This document shows, piece after piece, positions 8,591 to 18,186 of a DNA stretch of 35,167 nt. The notes under the pieces were generated by a model. That model worked only from the letters and a program-made list of their open reading frames with translations, did no database searches and was not told the DNA's origin. The DNA comes from a virus (lineage: Duplodnaviria; Caudoviricetes): positions 1 to 35,167 of the IMG/VR virus record IMGVR_UViG_3300040971_000358. One strand, 5' to 3'. Numbering within the stretch: position 1 is the first letter of the stretch; each line of letters opens with the position of its first letter. The position numbers were made by a program, and so were the translations under genes.

Positions 8591-9613
8591 ATGAAGCAAG
8601 CACAGGTCTATTGCACAATCAAAGATATCCTTTCTGACCAGGAAAAGCTGGGCGTAAATAGCGAAGAATCTGATCTGTTCGGCAAGATCGAGGCCGCCAG
8701 TGATATTTTGTTTCGTAAAGCGGGTGGTTTTGTGCCTGTGGTCGCCACATACAAGTTTGGCGCGAAGAGTGGGTATGAAAACAGGCCGCTTGAAATTAAA
8801 CCACTGTTGGAAGTGATTTCGATCAAGGTAAATGGTGAAGAGATCACCGACTTTATGCTTAGACCTGTGAACCGGTTATGGGAAAACGGCCCCTATACTT
8901 CGGTGGTGCGTGATGGATTATGGGGTAATGATGACGAAGTCGAGATTGAAGGCATTTGGGGCTTGTATGAGCATCTTGAGAGCCTTGGAATCAATATCAC
9001 GCAATCCACCACCTCAGAAATCACTATTGAAGTGGAGAACGGCTCTCTGCTAAGCCCAGGGATGGTCCTCAAAATTGAGGACGAACAGGAATTTGTGTCT
9101 GCCGGTGCCGGTGGACCAGACAGCCCGAGCGCGATCGCGGCAACCTCAAAAATTAATATGGCAGAAGGCATCACCAATGAAGATGAAGTAATCAGTGTGG
9201 ATAACGGTGCCGAGTTCTTCGCCGGTGAGGTACTTCAAATTGGTCTGGAAGATCTTTATGTATTAAAGGTTGGCGGTAATGATCTCTCAGTGATCCGCGG
9301 GTGGAATCGAACCCAAAAGACTGAGCACGATGATGATGCGGATATTCGTGTCTATCGGGTCTTTGCCGTTGTGCGGGGTGTCAACGGCACCACAGCCGCC
9401 GCGCACGACAACAAGGAAGTCTCTCGTTATCGAGTGCCACTTATTCTCAATTATTTATGCCGCGAAATCGCCTGGTTGATGAAAAGTAAAGCAGCCAGCG
9501 GATTCACTGGTATCACAGGTGATTCAGAGATGGGGTCCGGACGGTATTACAGCGAATTCCCGCCCAATCAGATCGCTGAAGTATTGAATTTGTTCAAGAT
9601 CCCGAGGTTTTAA
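8591..9613 (+). CDS. Head-tail connector/adaptor with inserted beta domains
   Basis: N-terminal YCTIKDI..IEAAS and C-terminal VPLILNYLCREIA resemble gp6/gp15 adaptors. Position after the capsid gene. Confidence 0.65.
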   Translation: MKQAQVYCTIKDILSDQEKLGVNSEESDLFGKIEAASDILFRKAGGFVPVVATYKFGAKSGYENRPLEIKPLLEVISIKVNGEEITDFMLRPVNRLWENGPYTSVVRDGLWGNDDEVEIEGIWGLYEHLESLGINITQSTTSEITIEVENGSLLSPGMVLKIEDEQEFVSAGAGGPDSPSAIAATSKINMAEGITNEDEVISVDNGAEFFAGEVLQIGLEDLYVLKVGGNDLSVIRGWNRTQKTEHDDDADIRVYRVFAVVRGVNGTTAAAHDNKEVSRYRVPLILNYLCREIAWLMKSKAASGFTGITGDSEMGSGRYYSEFPPNQIAEVLNLFKIPRF

Positions 9614-10249
9614 GTGCCAGATGTGAAGGTTTACGGCGATATCGTCGTTGAAGGGCTCCAAGACACAATTGACTCTCTTTCTTTGTTTGAGAAACAGAGA
9701 GTTAATGATTTTCTTACCCCTGCAATGAGAAAAGTCGGTGCATTGGTCGCTAAAACTGAGAAATCGTTGATTCCACAAGTAACCGGGGAAACCAGAGCAG
9801 GTATTCACACAAAAACGGCTGTGGAAGGCATTGGATGGCTGACGACAGTAGTAAACCCCTTCAAAGGGGGTAGTAAAACATCAGGGTTTGTTGTTCGGTT
9901 TCTTGATTTTGGCGCGCAATGGAGCGGACGGGGGGACGAAATCACCACCTGGCGAGGCATTGAAAGGGCGCGGAATGGTGAACAAATTAGAGCACAAGGA
10001 AACTCAAAGCCGTCAGGCCGCAATTATTTCATATCTGGTTTGCAAGAATGGGCTCAAAGAAAACTTGGCCTGGGTGAGAAAGAATCTCTGCAGGCTGCCT
10101 TTGCGATAAGAAAATCAATTATTGAAAAAGGTCTGCCAGGTGACAAGAAAATCTTGAGTACTACCGTTGACAGTACACGTGCAAAAGTATTGGAAATGAT
10201 TAATCAGGCCGTCACCAAAATGCTTGAAGATTTTTTTCGAAGGAGATGA
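9614..10249 (+). CDS. HK97 gp10-like neck/tail-completion protein
   Basis: VEGLQD, P-TGETRAGI, RFLDFG, AFAIRKSIIEKGLP. Synteny. Confidence 0.6.
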   Translation: MPDVKVYGDIVVEGLQDTIDSLSLFEKQRVNDFLTPAMRKVGALVAKTEKSLIPQVTGETRAGIHTKTAVEGIGWLTTVVNPFKGGSKTSGFVVRFLDFGAQWSGRGDEITTWRGIERARNGEQIRAQGNSKPSGRNYFISGLQEWAQRKLGLGEKESLQAAFAIRKSIIEKGLPGDKKILSTTVDSTRAKVLEMINQAVTKMLEDFFRRR

Positions 10250-10255
10250 GCGATC

Positions 10256-10717
10256 ATGGCCACGCAAATCTGGGGCGTTGAATATTGGGGACCTGCACTG
10301 GTGAGTCGATGGAAAACCATTGAGGATAACAAGAAAGTGTCGATGAGGGCTTTTGATTTTGACAAACTACCATCCGCGATTAAGGATCTGCCAACCGCAC
10401 TTTCAATAATCAGTGAACCGATGGTGCCAACTTATTCTGAAGGCCAATTATGTAACGCCTTTTGGAAGGGCAGAACACAGTTTTATTTATCAAAAGACGT
10501 GAGTTTGACCAGTTACAACTATGTGCAGCAGTTTTACCGCAAGATCACAGAGGCGGCAGCAGGTACCCTCACTCTGAATGGAAAAGTTGAATTATTTACC
10601 ATCGGAGAAATTAGCCCTGCACTGCTAAAGTGGGGCAGCGAACTTGATTATATCGGTCTGGTTGTGCCCTGGGAGATCACAGAGGATGTGACAGGAAAAT
10701 TCACGGTCGGAGTTTAG
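10256..10717 (+). CDS. Probable tail terminator
   Basis: Size and position immediately before the major tail protein. Confidence 0.45.
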   Translation: MATQIWGVEYWGPALVSRWKTIEDNKKVSMRAFDFDKLPSAIKDLPTALSIISEPMVPTYSEGQLCNAFWKGRTQFYLSKDVSLTSYNYVQQFYRKITEAAAGTLTLNGKVELFTIGEISPALLKWGSELDYIGLVVPWEITEDVTGKFTVGV

Positions 10718-10764
10718 CTCGGCGCGTTTTGCGCACAAATTATTGGTTGATTTTGGAGGTTACG

Positions 10765-11769
10765 ATGGCTTACTTAGGTAAAGTACAAATTGGTAAAGAA
10801 AACCCGGCTTCACACGGCACCCCGGTGGCTGCCACAAAAGTGCTGCCAACCGTGCAAAAACCACTGCCGGAAGACAGCAAACCAACGCCTCTTAAACAAG
10901 ACCTTGGCCTTAACGTTGATGTGACTGGCAACGTAATCCAGGGCAAGTTGGTTGAAGACACTCTTGTTTTTGATCAACTAACCTTTCAACTCTTGCCATA
11001 TATCTTTGCAGCACTGCTTAAAGGCGGCGTGACGCCGACAGAACAGACCACTGATCAGGATGATTATCTTTTTGACCACACGCCTGATCTGGATGGTTCT
11101 GATAACAGCCTGGATTCTTATACGCTCGAGCGCGGCGACAGCCTGCAGGCAGTTGAAGAAGAATATGTAATGTTCAAAAGGGCCAAACTCGGCGGGCAGG
11201 TGGATCAAACTGGCGGCGCAAGCTTCGTAAAAGGCGAGGCTGATTACTTTGCCCGGCAGAACACCAACACCACATTCACCCCTGGGCTTTCTGCTCTGAT
11301 CTCAAATTATATGAATGCAAAACTGACTCAGATCTTTATGGATTCAACCTGGGCAAATGTTGGCGTGACTGAAAAAGCCAACGTTTTAAAGGCTTGGGAC
11401 GTTGACGTCATTGGAGGTGCCACTCCTGATTTTAGCGGCGGCGATGAGGAAACTTTTGAAACGCATGAACAGGGGCCAATCTCATTTATGCTGGCTTTGA
11501 CCTTGAAACGCGGGACACTCACTGAGGCGTTACGGGCGGCTAAAGGGGAATATCGGGTGATCAGGCTGCAGGTTAATGGACCTGCGATCGGGACTGGTGA
11601 AAACCATATGCTGCAGCTCGATCTAGGTGGCTACATCGAAGAAGTCGTGGCCATGGCTGAAGAAAACCAGGGCATCAAGCTGGATACTCTGGTGTTGCGT
11701 GGTATGCCAGACGCAACCACCCAACGGATGATTGAGCCCAAAATCATCACCAACATTGCTGCGTTATAA
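10765..11769 (+). CDS. Major tail tube protein
   Basis: MAYLGKVQIGKE..GTPVAAT N-terminus, SYTLERG. SD GGAGGT. Precedes chaperone and tape measure. Confidence 0.8.
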   Translation: MAYLGKVQIGKENPASHGTPVAATKVLPTVQKPLPEDSKPTPLKQDLGLNVDVTGNVIQGKLVEDTLVFDQLTFQLLPYIFAALLKGGVTPTEQTTDQDDYLFDHTPDLDGSDNSLDSYTLERGDSLQAVEEEYVMFKRAKLGGQVDQTGGASFVKGEADYFARQNTNTTFTPGLSALISNYMNAKLTQIFMDSTWANVGVTEKANVLKAWDVDVIGGATPDFSGGDEETFETHEQGPISFMLALTLKRGTLTEALRAAKGEYRVIRLQVNGPAIGTGENHMLQLDLGGYIEEVVAMAEENQGIKLDTLVLRGMPDATTQRMIEPKIITNIAAL

Positions 11770-11778
11770 GGATAAATT

Positions 11779-12225
11779 ATGCGACTCGAGATACCAAAGA
11801 TCGTTGAAAAGTTGAATTTGTCTGATTATGCCAAGGAATTTGGCGATCAGACAATGAGCGTTTGGGTGAATCCGGATCGAGAAACCAATAAAGTACACGA
11901 CACGAATGTTGATGTTGCCAATGCCTTAATAAAAAAACTTGCAGAATTAAATGAATCCAAGAAAGAAAAAGGTGATGATTGGTTCGAAGCGACCGGAAAA
12001 AAGATTCAAGAAGATCTAGTCGCCAATCTGGAAGAAGCCAATCGTAAAGTTACTGAGTGGTATTCGCTCATCTGGAGTCAGGGAGAAGAAGCTACTAAAG
12101 TCGCTCCTGAAGAAGTTGAAGCATTGGCTGAAAAGGCACTTGAAACTGATCCTATGTTCTTTCAATGGCTTTGTGAATCAACACTTGAAATGATCGTTGC
12201 TCACAGGGTAAACCGAAAAAACTGA
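11779..12225 (+). CDS. Tail assembly chaperone (G)
   Basis: Between tail tube and tape measure; ends at slippery A AAA AAC TGA. Confidence 0.75.
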   Translation: MRLEIPKIVEKLNLSDYAKEFGDQTMSVWVNPDRETNKVHDTNVDVANALIKKLAELNESKKEKGDDWFEATGKKIQEDLVANLEEANRKVTEWYSLIWSQGEEATKVAPEEVEALAEKALETDPMFFQWLCESTLEMIVAHRVNRKN

Positions 12226-12488
12226 TTGAGTCTGCCCTTCTTGAGTTAGCCAGAGACGGGCAGACCAGCAACCCTTTGATGATCAACATTTTGCAAGCCC
12301 GGGCTATCAACCACTTTTTTGGTGGACTGGTGATCGCTCCGGAGAACGACACGGTGCAGGATGAGATTTTTGAAGCGATCCACGCATTAACCAATGACCT
12401 GCCCGCCATGCAAAAAGGTGTGCAGAAAGTAGAAAACATTTTTGAAAAATGGCGGTCTGAGATGAAATATAGGTCAAGGATCAGGTAA
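12216..12488 (+). CDS. Tail assembly chaperone GT extension via -1 frameshift
   Basis: Heptamer AAAAAAC at 12216-12222. The -1 frame is open (LIESALLELARDGQTSNPLMINIL...) to 12488. Downstream stem GTCTGCCC/GGGCAGAC. Confidence 0.75.
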   Translation, partial: KKLIESALLELARDGQTSNPLMINILQARAINHFFGGLVIAPENDTVQDEIFEAIHALTNDLPAMQKGVQKVENIFEKWRSEMKYRSRIR

Positions 12489-12511
12489 GCCAGAAAACGG
12501 CGAGGATCAAA

Positions 12512-14158
12512 ATGGGCGGCACCAACCACGACGTAAATATCACGATCAATACACTAAGCAAGACCGTTGGAAGCAAAGATGCCAAAGCTTCAATGCGACT
12601 GCTGAATGATGAATTTAAAAATGCCACAGGATTGAGTCTTGGGTATGCAGGTGCTATCACGACCGTCGTTGCTGTTGGAAAACGGCTGGTTGATATCACC
12701 GAGCAATCAATGGAACGTTTTGTCACTTTAGCTGGTGTCGTCGATAATTTGAATAACATCACCGGTGACACGGCAGAAAACACAAGCCGATTGATTCAAG
12801 TAGCCAAGTTATATGGTCTCACGGCCGAAGATCTGGCAAAGTCACAAAAAAAATTAGCTGAATCCAGTGAGACCCTAAACAAAGAAACAATTATTGAACT
12901 GGCACAAAAATATCAAACAATCAATAATGGCGCTGATAGACAGCTCTTTTTAACAGAAAAACTGGGAAAAGCCGGTCAAAAATGGGCGGAAATTCTCACC
13001 CAGGATACTGCAGCGCTTGAAAAACAGTTCCAAACTGTCAATAAAGGGCTGATCTTAACGGAAAAACAGATCCAAGAGGCTGAAGAGTACGAAGTCTCTC
13101 AAATTCAGATGAAAAATAACTGGGAAGCCGTTGGGAATGCAATCGGACGATGGTTTATTCCGGTCAGCACCACTGCGTCACGATTGATGGCTGTTGAAGC
13201 TGCCGCTGCCAGGATTGCTTCAGAACAACACCTGAATTTATATACCCAGCATAAAAAAATATATGACCTGGCTTATGCAGAAGTCGCGGCGCAAGAAAGA
13301 ACAGCTGTAGCTATCGCCGAAACCGGGGAAACGGCAGAAGAGGCTGCTAAAAAACTTGAAGAGTACTATCAGACTAATAAAACCATGATTTCTTTGGTCG
13401 GTACATTGTCTAAAACAAGTGAAGATTATCAAAAAAACCTTGAAGAAATAAATCAGGATTTGGCTAATAACAAAATCACCACTGAAGAGTACGCAGAAAA
13501 AGTAAAGCAGCTTGCAGATGAACATGAATTGGCGGGTCGTCGTATTCTCCTTTCATTATTAGAGCAGAGATTTGCTGTCGACGGCTTAGACGAAAATGAG
13601 ACCGCTATGTTGCTGAATTTAGGGGTTCAGTGGGGAATTTATGCTGACACAGCTATCGAGGAAATGCGATTAATTATGTTACAGGCTGATATTATGTCTG
13701 GAAAAATCAGCAGCATTTCCACCAGCTTGTCAGCTCTGCAAGGCGTCTACACTTCCTTGTCTGGGATCATGGCCGCTGAAGCTGGCGGAAGCTCAACACC
13801 TGCGGCATCAGGTGGATCCAGCGGGTGGGTTTTGAAAGGCACCAAAGGTGGTGCTGGAACGGATAAAGCCTGGTTTAATGGCTCGTCTTGGTATTACGGG
13901 GATAAACCACCTGAGCGCGATTCAGGCGGGCCTGGTGTTGCCGGTGGTCTTTATCTAATTAATCCAAAAGCTGGTCCAGAGGCATTTATTCCAAAAACGG
14001 ACGGCCAATTTGTTCCCAATTTTGACAAAATGATGGGCGGTGTAACGATCATGTCAGGTGCAATTGTGATCAGCGGCGCAGGTGACCCTAAAGCAATTGC
14101 CCGTGAAGTGATGAACGAAATCATGAAAGAACGCAAGCTGCAGATGGGAGGTCATTAG
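12512..14158 (+). CDS. Tape measure protein (short, 548 aa)
   Basis: Helical and Ala/Glu-rich, with C-terminal RDSGGP..GG.YLI...GPEAFIP motif typical of tape measure ends. Confidence 0.85.
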   Translation: MGGTNHDVNITINTLSKTVGSKDAKASMRLLNDEFKNATGLSLGYAGAITTVVAVGKRLVDITEQSMERFVTLAGVVDNLNNITGDTAENTSRLIQVAKLYGLTAEDLAKSQKKLAESSETLNKETIIELAQKYQTINNGADRQLFLTEKLGKAGQKWAEILTQDTAALEKQFQTVNKGLILTEKQIQEAEEYEVSQIQMKNNWEAVGNAIGRWFIPVSTTASRLMAVEAAAARIASEQHLNLYTQHKKIYDLAYAEVAAQERTAVAIAETGETAEEAAKKLEEYYQTNKTMISLVGTLSKTSEDYQKNLEEINQDLANNKITTEEYAEKVKQLADEHELAGRRILLSLLEQRFAVDGLDENETAMLLNLGVQWGIYADTAIEEMRLIMLQADIMSGKISSISTSLSALQGVYTSLSGIMAAEAGGSSTPAASGGSSGWVLKGTKGGAGTDKAWFNGSSWYYGDKPPERDSGGPGVAGGLYLINPKAGPEAFIPKTDGQFVPNFDKMMGGVTIMSGAIVISGAGDPKAIAREVMNEIMKERKLQMGGH

Positions 14159-14161
14159 CCC

Positions 14162-16168
14162 ATGACCGACAAGATCGATCTGCAGGTCACCCTGGATGGC
14201 GTTGACATCACCAGCCACGTTCCTTTGGACGGGGATGCCTTCGAGCACGTGAGCGCGATCAACGACGAACTGGACACGCTGCGGGTAAATGTGAGAAACG
14301 GCGACCTGCTGGGCTTGAACGGCTGGCAGGATATTAAGGTGCTGGACGGCAGTGATGTGCTATTTGGTGGGTACACACTTACCACAGGCATCAGACCCGG
14401 CGTGAATCTGGCCAAGAACGATGTGCCGGTGGGGGCAAGCGATTATGCGGCTTATCTCAAAAAGGTTTATGTTCAGGTGCAGTTCACCGACAAAACAGAT
14501 AAAGAAATGCTGACAGCAATCTTCTCGGGCACTGATGAGCTGACGGATTATGACGGCAGCTCGTTGGTGATGGCTATTCGGAGCTTTCCGACAGCCACAT
14601 TCAATTTGTGGGATGTTTATAAGGTGATCAGCTGGCTGGCCACTCAAGCCGGGGCGTATTGGTATGTGGACGCCAACAAAAAGCTTCATTATTTTGCAGA
14701 TGCCGAATTCAGGGCGCCATTCGATATCAACACTGATCTCAATGATGCTGACAACGCCAGGTGTGAGAATTTCAACCGGGATAATGATCACTCGAATGTG
14801 GTGAACCTCATCGAGCTGGTGGGCGGCAACGCGCTCTCTGGGGATAAAACCTATAAATTCACAAAGACCGGCATTGGCGTGGATCTGTGGCTCAACAAGC
14901 TGCTCAAGCCCTGGGCAGATGCCAGCAAGATTGCAGTAAGAAGGAACGACGGCGGCGCCACCACCAACCTGACCGTGAACCCTTCCTTCGAGAACAATAT
15001 CACGGACGGATGGACGCAAAGCCAGGAAGGAACCGGCGCGGCCTGGGCACAGGATGCCACCAAGTATTCGGTTGGTACGAAATCCGCGAAGATCACGGCA
15101 GGAACAGGTAAAGCAAAATTATTAGGGGGAAATATTACTCTGGCACCAGGTGAACCGCTAAGCGCGCAGGTCTTGGCCTGGATAAGCGTTTTGGGGATGA
15201 ACAGCCTGGTGATATATGATGTCACGGGCGCAACGATTCTGTCTGAGACCGTGGGGCGTAAAGCATCAAGTTGGGAAAGACTGACGACGACTTATATCAA
15301 CACGTCGGCTGCATCGATGACCGTGCGGGTTGAGCTGCGCAATAATGCCAACGATTCAACCACTGCAGCCTGGTTTGATTGTGTTCAAATTGAGAAGCTG
15401 GCATGGCCAAGCGCTTATACGGACGGCACACTCGGCACCGGGTATGCGTGGACCAGCACTGCTCACAACAGCACCAGCACACGGGTTAATATGCCGGTTT
15501 GGCGGACGCTGACCGTAAAAACAGGGAATACAGACACGCTCGGATCTCGGGATGAAGTTCTGTGGTTTGAAAGCAGCGGGCAGCTCACACAGGAAACGAA
15601 TTGGCCAACGCTCAGCGATGCAATTGAGGTGGACGGCCAGGAAGCGACCCCCGTGCACGTGGTGATGAAGAATTATGCCAGTTACCGTTTCTATGGAAAC
15701 AGATGGTTCAAGGATGTGATCATCGACGAGAGCATCACCGATCCGATCACTGCGAGGATCCGCTGCGCGACGGAGCTTGCCAAATATGCATACGAAACGG
15801 CGGCCATCAGTTTTGATGTGCGCAAGCCTGGTCTGAAAGCCGGGCAGATCATTGGAGTACACCTGCCCCACCGGCACACGGACGGTGATTTCATGATCAC
15901 GCGGGTTTCTACCCGCTTCAATATCGGCGGATATATCCTGGCTCATGTTGAAGTGGGCGTGATGGACCCGAACCTGGTAGGACTGCTGCTGCAGTTGAAG
16001 CAGAGCGTGAATGCCGGCAGTGCTGAAATTATGGAAGACATTATCTTGCGGCGTGTGCTTGACTTTGCTGACGAAGTGACGCTCGAAGACGAAGACATTG
16101 TAATCACCAGAACCAGCCCGCCATATGTGTATGGCACCGGCAAGTGCGGTTATTCGACTTTTGCATAG
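14162..16168 (+). CDS. Tail tip/baseplate hub protein with inserted CBM4/9-like module
   Basis: Follows tape measure. WYVDANKKLHYF, VVNLIELVGG, GLKAGQII hub-like motifs; internal NLTVNPSFEN...WFDCVQIE carbohydrate-binding-like domain. Confidence 0.7.
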   Translation: MTDKIDLQVTLDGVDITSHVPLDGDAFEHVSAINDELDTLRVNVRNGDLLGLNGWQDIKVLDGSDVLFGGYTLTTGIRPGVNLAKNDVPVGASDYAAYLKKVYVQVQFTDKTDKEMLTAIFSGTDELTDYDGSSLVMAIRSFPTATFNLWDVYKVISWLATQAGAYWYVDANKKLHYFADAEFRAPFDINTDLNDADNARCENFNRDNDHSNVVNLIELVGGNALSGDKTYKFTKTGIGVDLWLNKLLKPWADASKIAVRRNDGGATTNLTVNPSFENNITDGWTQSQEGTGAAWAQDATKYSVGTKSAKITAGTGKAKLLGGNITLAPGEPLSAQVLAWISVLGMNSLVIYDVTGATILSETVGRKASSWERLTTTYINTSAASMTVRVELRNNANDSTTAAWFDCVQIEKLAWPSAYTDGTLGTGYAWTSTAHNSTSTRVNMPVWRTLTVKTGNTDTLGSRDEVLWFESSGQLTQETNWPTLSDAIEVDGQEATPVHVVMKNYASYRFYGNRWFKDVIIDESITDPITARIRCATELAKYAYETAAISFDVRKPGLKAGQIIGVHLPHRHTDGDFMITRVSTRFNIGGYILAHVEVGVMDPNLVGLLLQLKQSVNAGSAEIMEDIILRRVLDFADEVTLEDEDIVITRTSPPYVYGTGKCGYSTFA

Positions 16169-16176
16169 GACGGAAG

Positions 16177-16716
16177 ATGAAAAATATAAATCTACACGAA
16201 AAGGTAAGCTTTGAAGGGCTGGTGCAGGTTCGGGCATTCACCCCCGGTCTGGTGCCTTCGTTGATGGCCAAAGGAATGCCGCTGCGGGATGCCATGGCTG
16301 AGGCAGAAAGACTTGGCGGATTGCAGTATGTGCATAAAACGCACAACCTGGTGACGACCGCAGGCAGACATTTTATGGCCAAGCGGTTAAGCGGTGAAGA
16401 AACAGCCGGTATAACCTACATGGCGATTGGCACAGGGACCGCTGCACCGGTGATATCCGATACACAACTTGGATCTGAAAGCCTGCGCAAACCGCTCACG
16501 GAGTGTTATCAGGGCGATGTCTTTATGTATTCGAGCATCTTTTTGATCGCCAGTGAATGCAGTTTTTTCATCAAGGAAGGCGGTTTGTTTGGGGGCTCAT
16601 TGGCTACAGCAACCGCGAACAGCGGTTCCCTCTTTTGCCGGTTTTTGATCGGTGAAGAAAACACAGTGAACCAGTTTGATCTCTCAATTCAACACACCAC
16701 AGAAGTGAAAGCGTGA
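16177..16716 (+). CDS. Minor tail/baseplate protein
   Basis: HNLVTTAGR..ITYMAIGTG..DTQL..E..RK..IKEGGLF pattern of tail-collar/fibre-anchor proteins. Confidence 0.65.
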   Translation: MKNINLHEKVSFEGLVQVRAFTPGLVPSLMAKGMPLRDAMAEAERLGGLQYVHKTHNLVTTAGRHFMAKRLSGEETAGITYMAIGTGTAAPVISDTQLGSESLRKPLTECYQGDVFMYSSIFLIASECSFFIKEGGLFGGSLATATANSGSLFCRFLIGEENTVNQFDLSIQHTTEVKA

Positions 16717-16724
16717 GGTGAACA

Positions 16725-17387
16725 ATGGTGATTAGAACAGGACAACCTTTTGAGGCACACGAACACCTGGGGCTGGCTGGTTATGGCGACACAACAGCTT
16801 CGCTCTTGCTGACCACTTCTTATCAAGATTTGGTTGCGGCTCCAGCATCTAGTATTCGGCGGGTCAACAAAATCACACTGAATAACGAAGACGCTTCAGT
16901 TGGGACTGATTTTTATTTCAAATTGGTAAAAGCTGGTGCGGATTATGGGCCCATCCAAATTTTTCTAAATGCGGGTGAAAAGCTGGATTTGATCTTTCCG
17001 TGGTTGCTGGATTCTACGGTCAAGATTCAAGCAAAGGTGGGAGCTACTTGCGTTGGGCACGCCATCGCTTCATATTGCAAGTTTTATGGCGGAAACGGCA
17101 TTCTCAATTTTACAGGAACCAGTTGGGCTACATTATTGACCGCTGCCGTGAACACCAATATTTTAGGTGTCATGTTGGTAAATACAGACACAACCATTCA
17201 AACACTCAGTCTGCAGATGATCGATGGAAGTTCCAATGTCAAAGGGGTTTGGAATAAATCGTTAACACAGGGATCAGCCTGGTTTATTGATTTGAGAATG
17301 ACTCTGCCGGCAGGATATTCTCTACAAGTAAAACAAGGAACTGCAGCGAAAACTGGATCAGCATTTGCAAGTCATGCGGAGGTTTAA
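16725..17387 (+). CDS. Minor tail protein (two tandem beta-sandwich repeats)
   Basis: SD GAGGTG; internally duplicated beta-rich halves; tail-module position. Confidence 0.5.
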   Translation: MVIRTGQPFEAHEHLGLAGYGDTTASLLLTTSYQDLVAAPASSIRRVNKITLNNEDASVGTDFYFKLVKAGADYGPIQIFLNAGEKLDLIFPWLLDSTVKIQAKVGATCVGHAIASYCKFYGGNGILNFTGTSWATLLTAAVNTNILGVMLVNTDTTIQTLSLQMIDGSSNVKGVWNKSLTQGSAWFIDLRMTLPAGYSLQVKQGTAAKTGSAFASHAEV

Positions 17388-18140
17388 GTGACTAATTACA
17401 ACTTACTTTATTTTGATCGGTCATGGTTGCTTATAGCGGTTTGGCAATTGGCGCTAAATCGCGTTTCAAGATTTATTCAAGGGGTTTTGTCTGGAATTAC
17501 TGACCAATTGAGGCATTTTTCAAAAATTGGTGAATTCATTGTGCCAGCAAAAAGCCTTACAATGCTTGCTTCCACGACCTACGCAAGTGGAACCGGAACT
17601 TCGCTTTCGTTTACTCATACAGTCAATTCTGGCACCGATTGCTTAATTGTTTGCGCATACGCACAGGTCGGCGGTATTAATATGGCCTCAGCAACTTGCG
17701 GTGGTCAGCCAATGGATTATTCGATAACACAAACGGCAGAGGCCAGTTCAAGACGTGCCTGGATGATTTTTTTGAAAAATCCTCCTGCTGGTGCGCAAAC
17801 GATTACCCTTACCTTTAGTGGTTCATCATCATCAAATCATGCTTTTGCAACCAATTGGATGGGGACACAAGCAGTCCCTCTACGGACAGCCGCGAGTAGC
17901 ACTTCTAATGGCACAACATCTGCAAGTACCGCCGCGACTTCCGCAATAGGCGACATTGTAATCGACCTTTGTAGCACATACTATACAAACACGCCATCAA
18001 TGGGACAAACGGTTCTTAGTTCTGGTGGCCTTATGGCGGTGTCTACAAAACCGGGCGCGGCGGGAACAACTACTTTAGGCTGGACTTGGCCTACTAGTGG
18101 GTCAGTTATACACATCGTAGCGGCAATAAAGGGGTCATAA
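17388..18140 (+). CDS. Putative tail fibre/receptor-binding protein
   Basis: Ser/Thr/Gly-rich beta protein (SLSFTHTV, DCLIV, NPPAGAQTITLT). Start uncertain. Confidence 0.5.
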   Translation: MTNYNLLYFDRSWLLIAVWQLALNRVSRFIQGVLSGITDQLRHFSKIGEFIVPAKSLTMLASTTYASGTGTSLSFTHTVNSGTDCLIVCAYAQVGGINMASATCGGQPMDYSITQTAEASSRRAWMIFLKNPPAGAQTITLTFSGSSSSNHAFATNWMGTQAVPLRTAASSTSNGTTSASTAATSAIGDIVIDLCSTYYTNTPSMGQTVLSSGGLMAVSTKPGAAGTTTLGWTWPTSGSVIHIVAAIKGS

Positions 18141-18186
18141 CCTGTCCATTTCTTAGAATAAGAATAATTACTTTTAGAGGTGTGAG

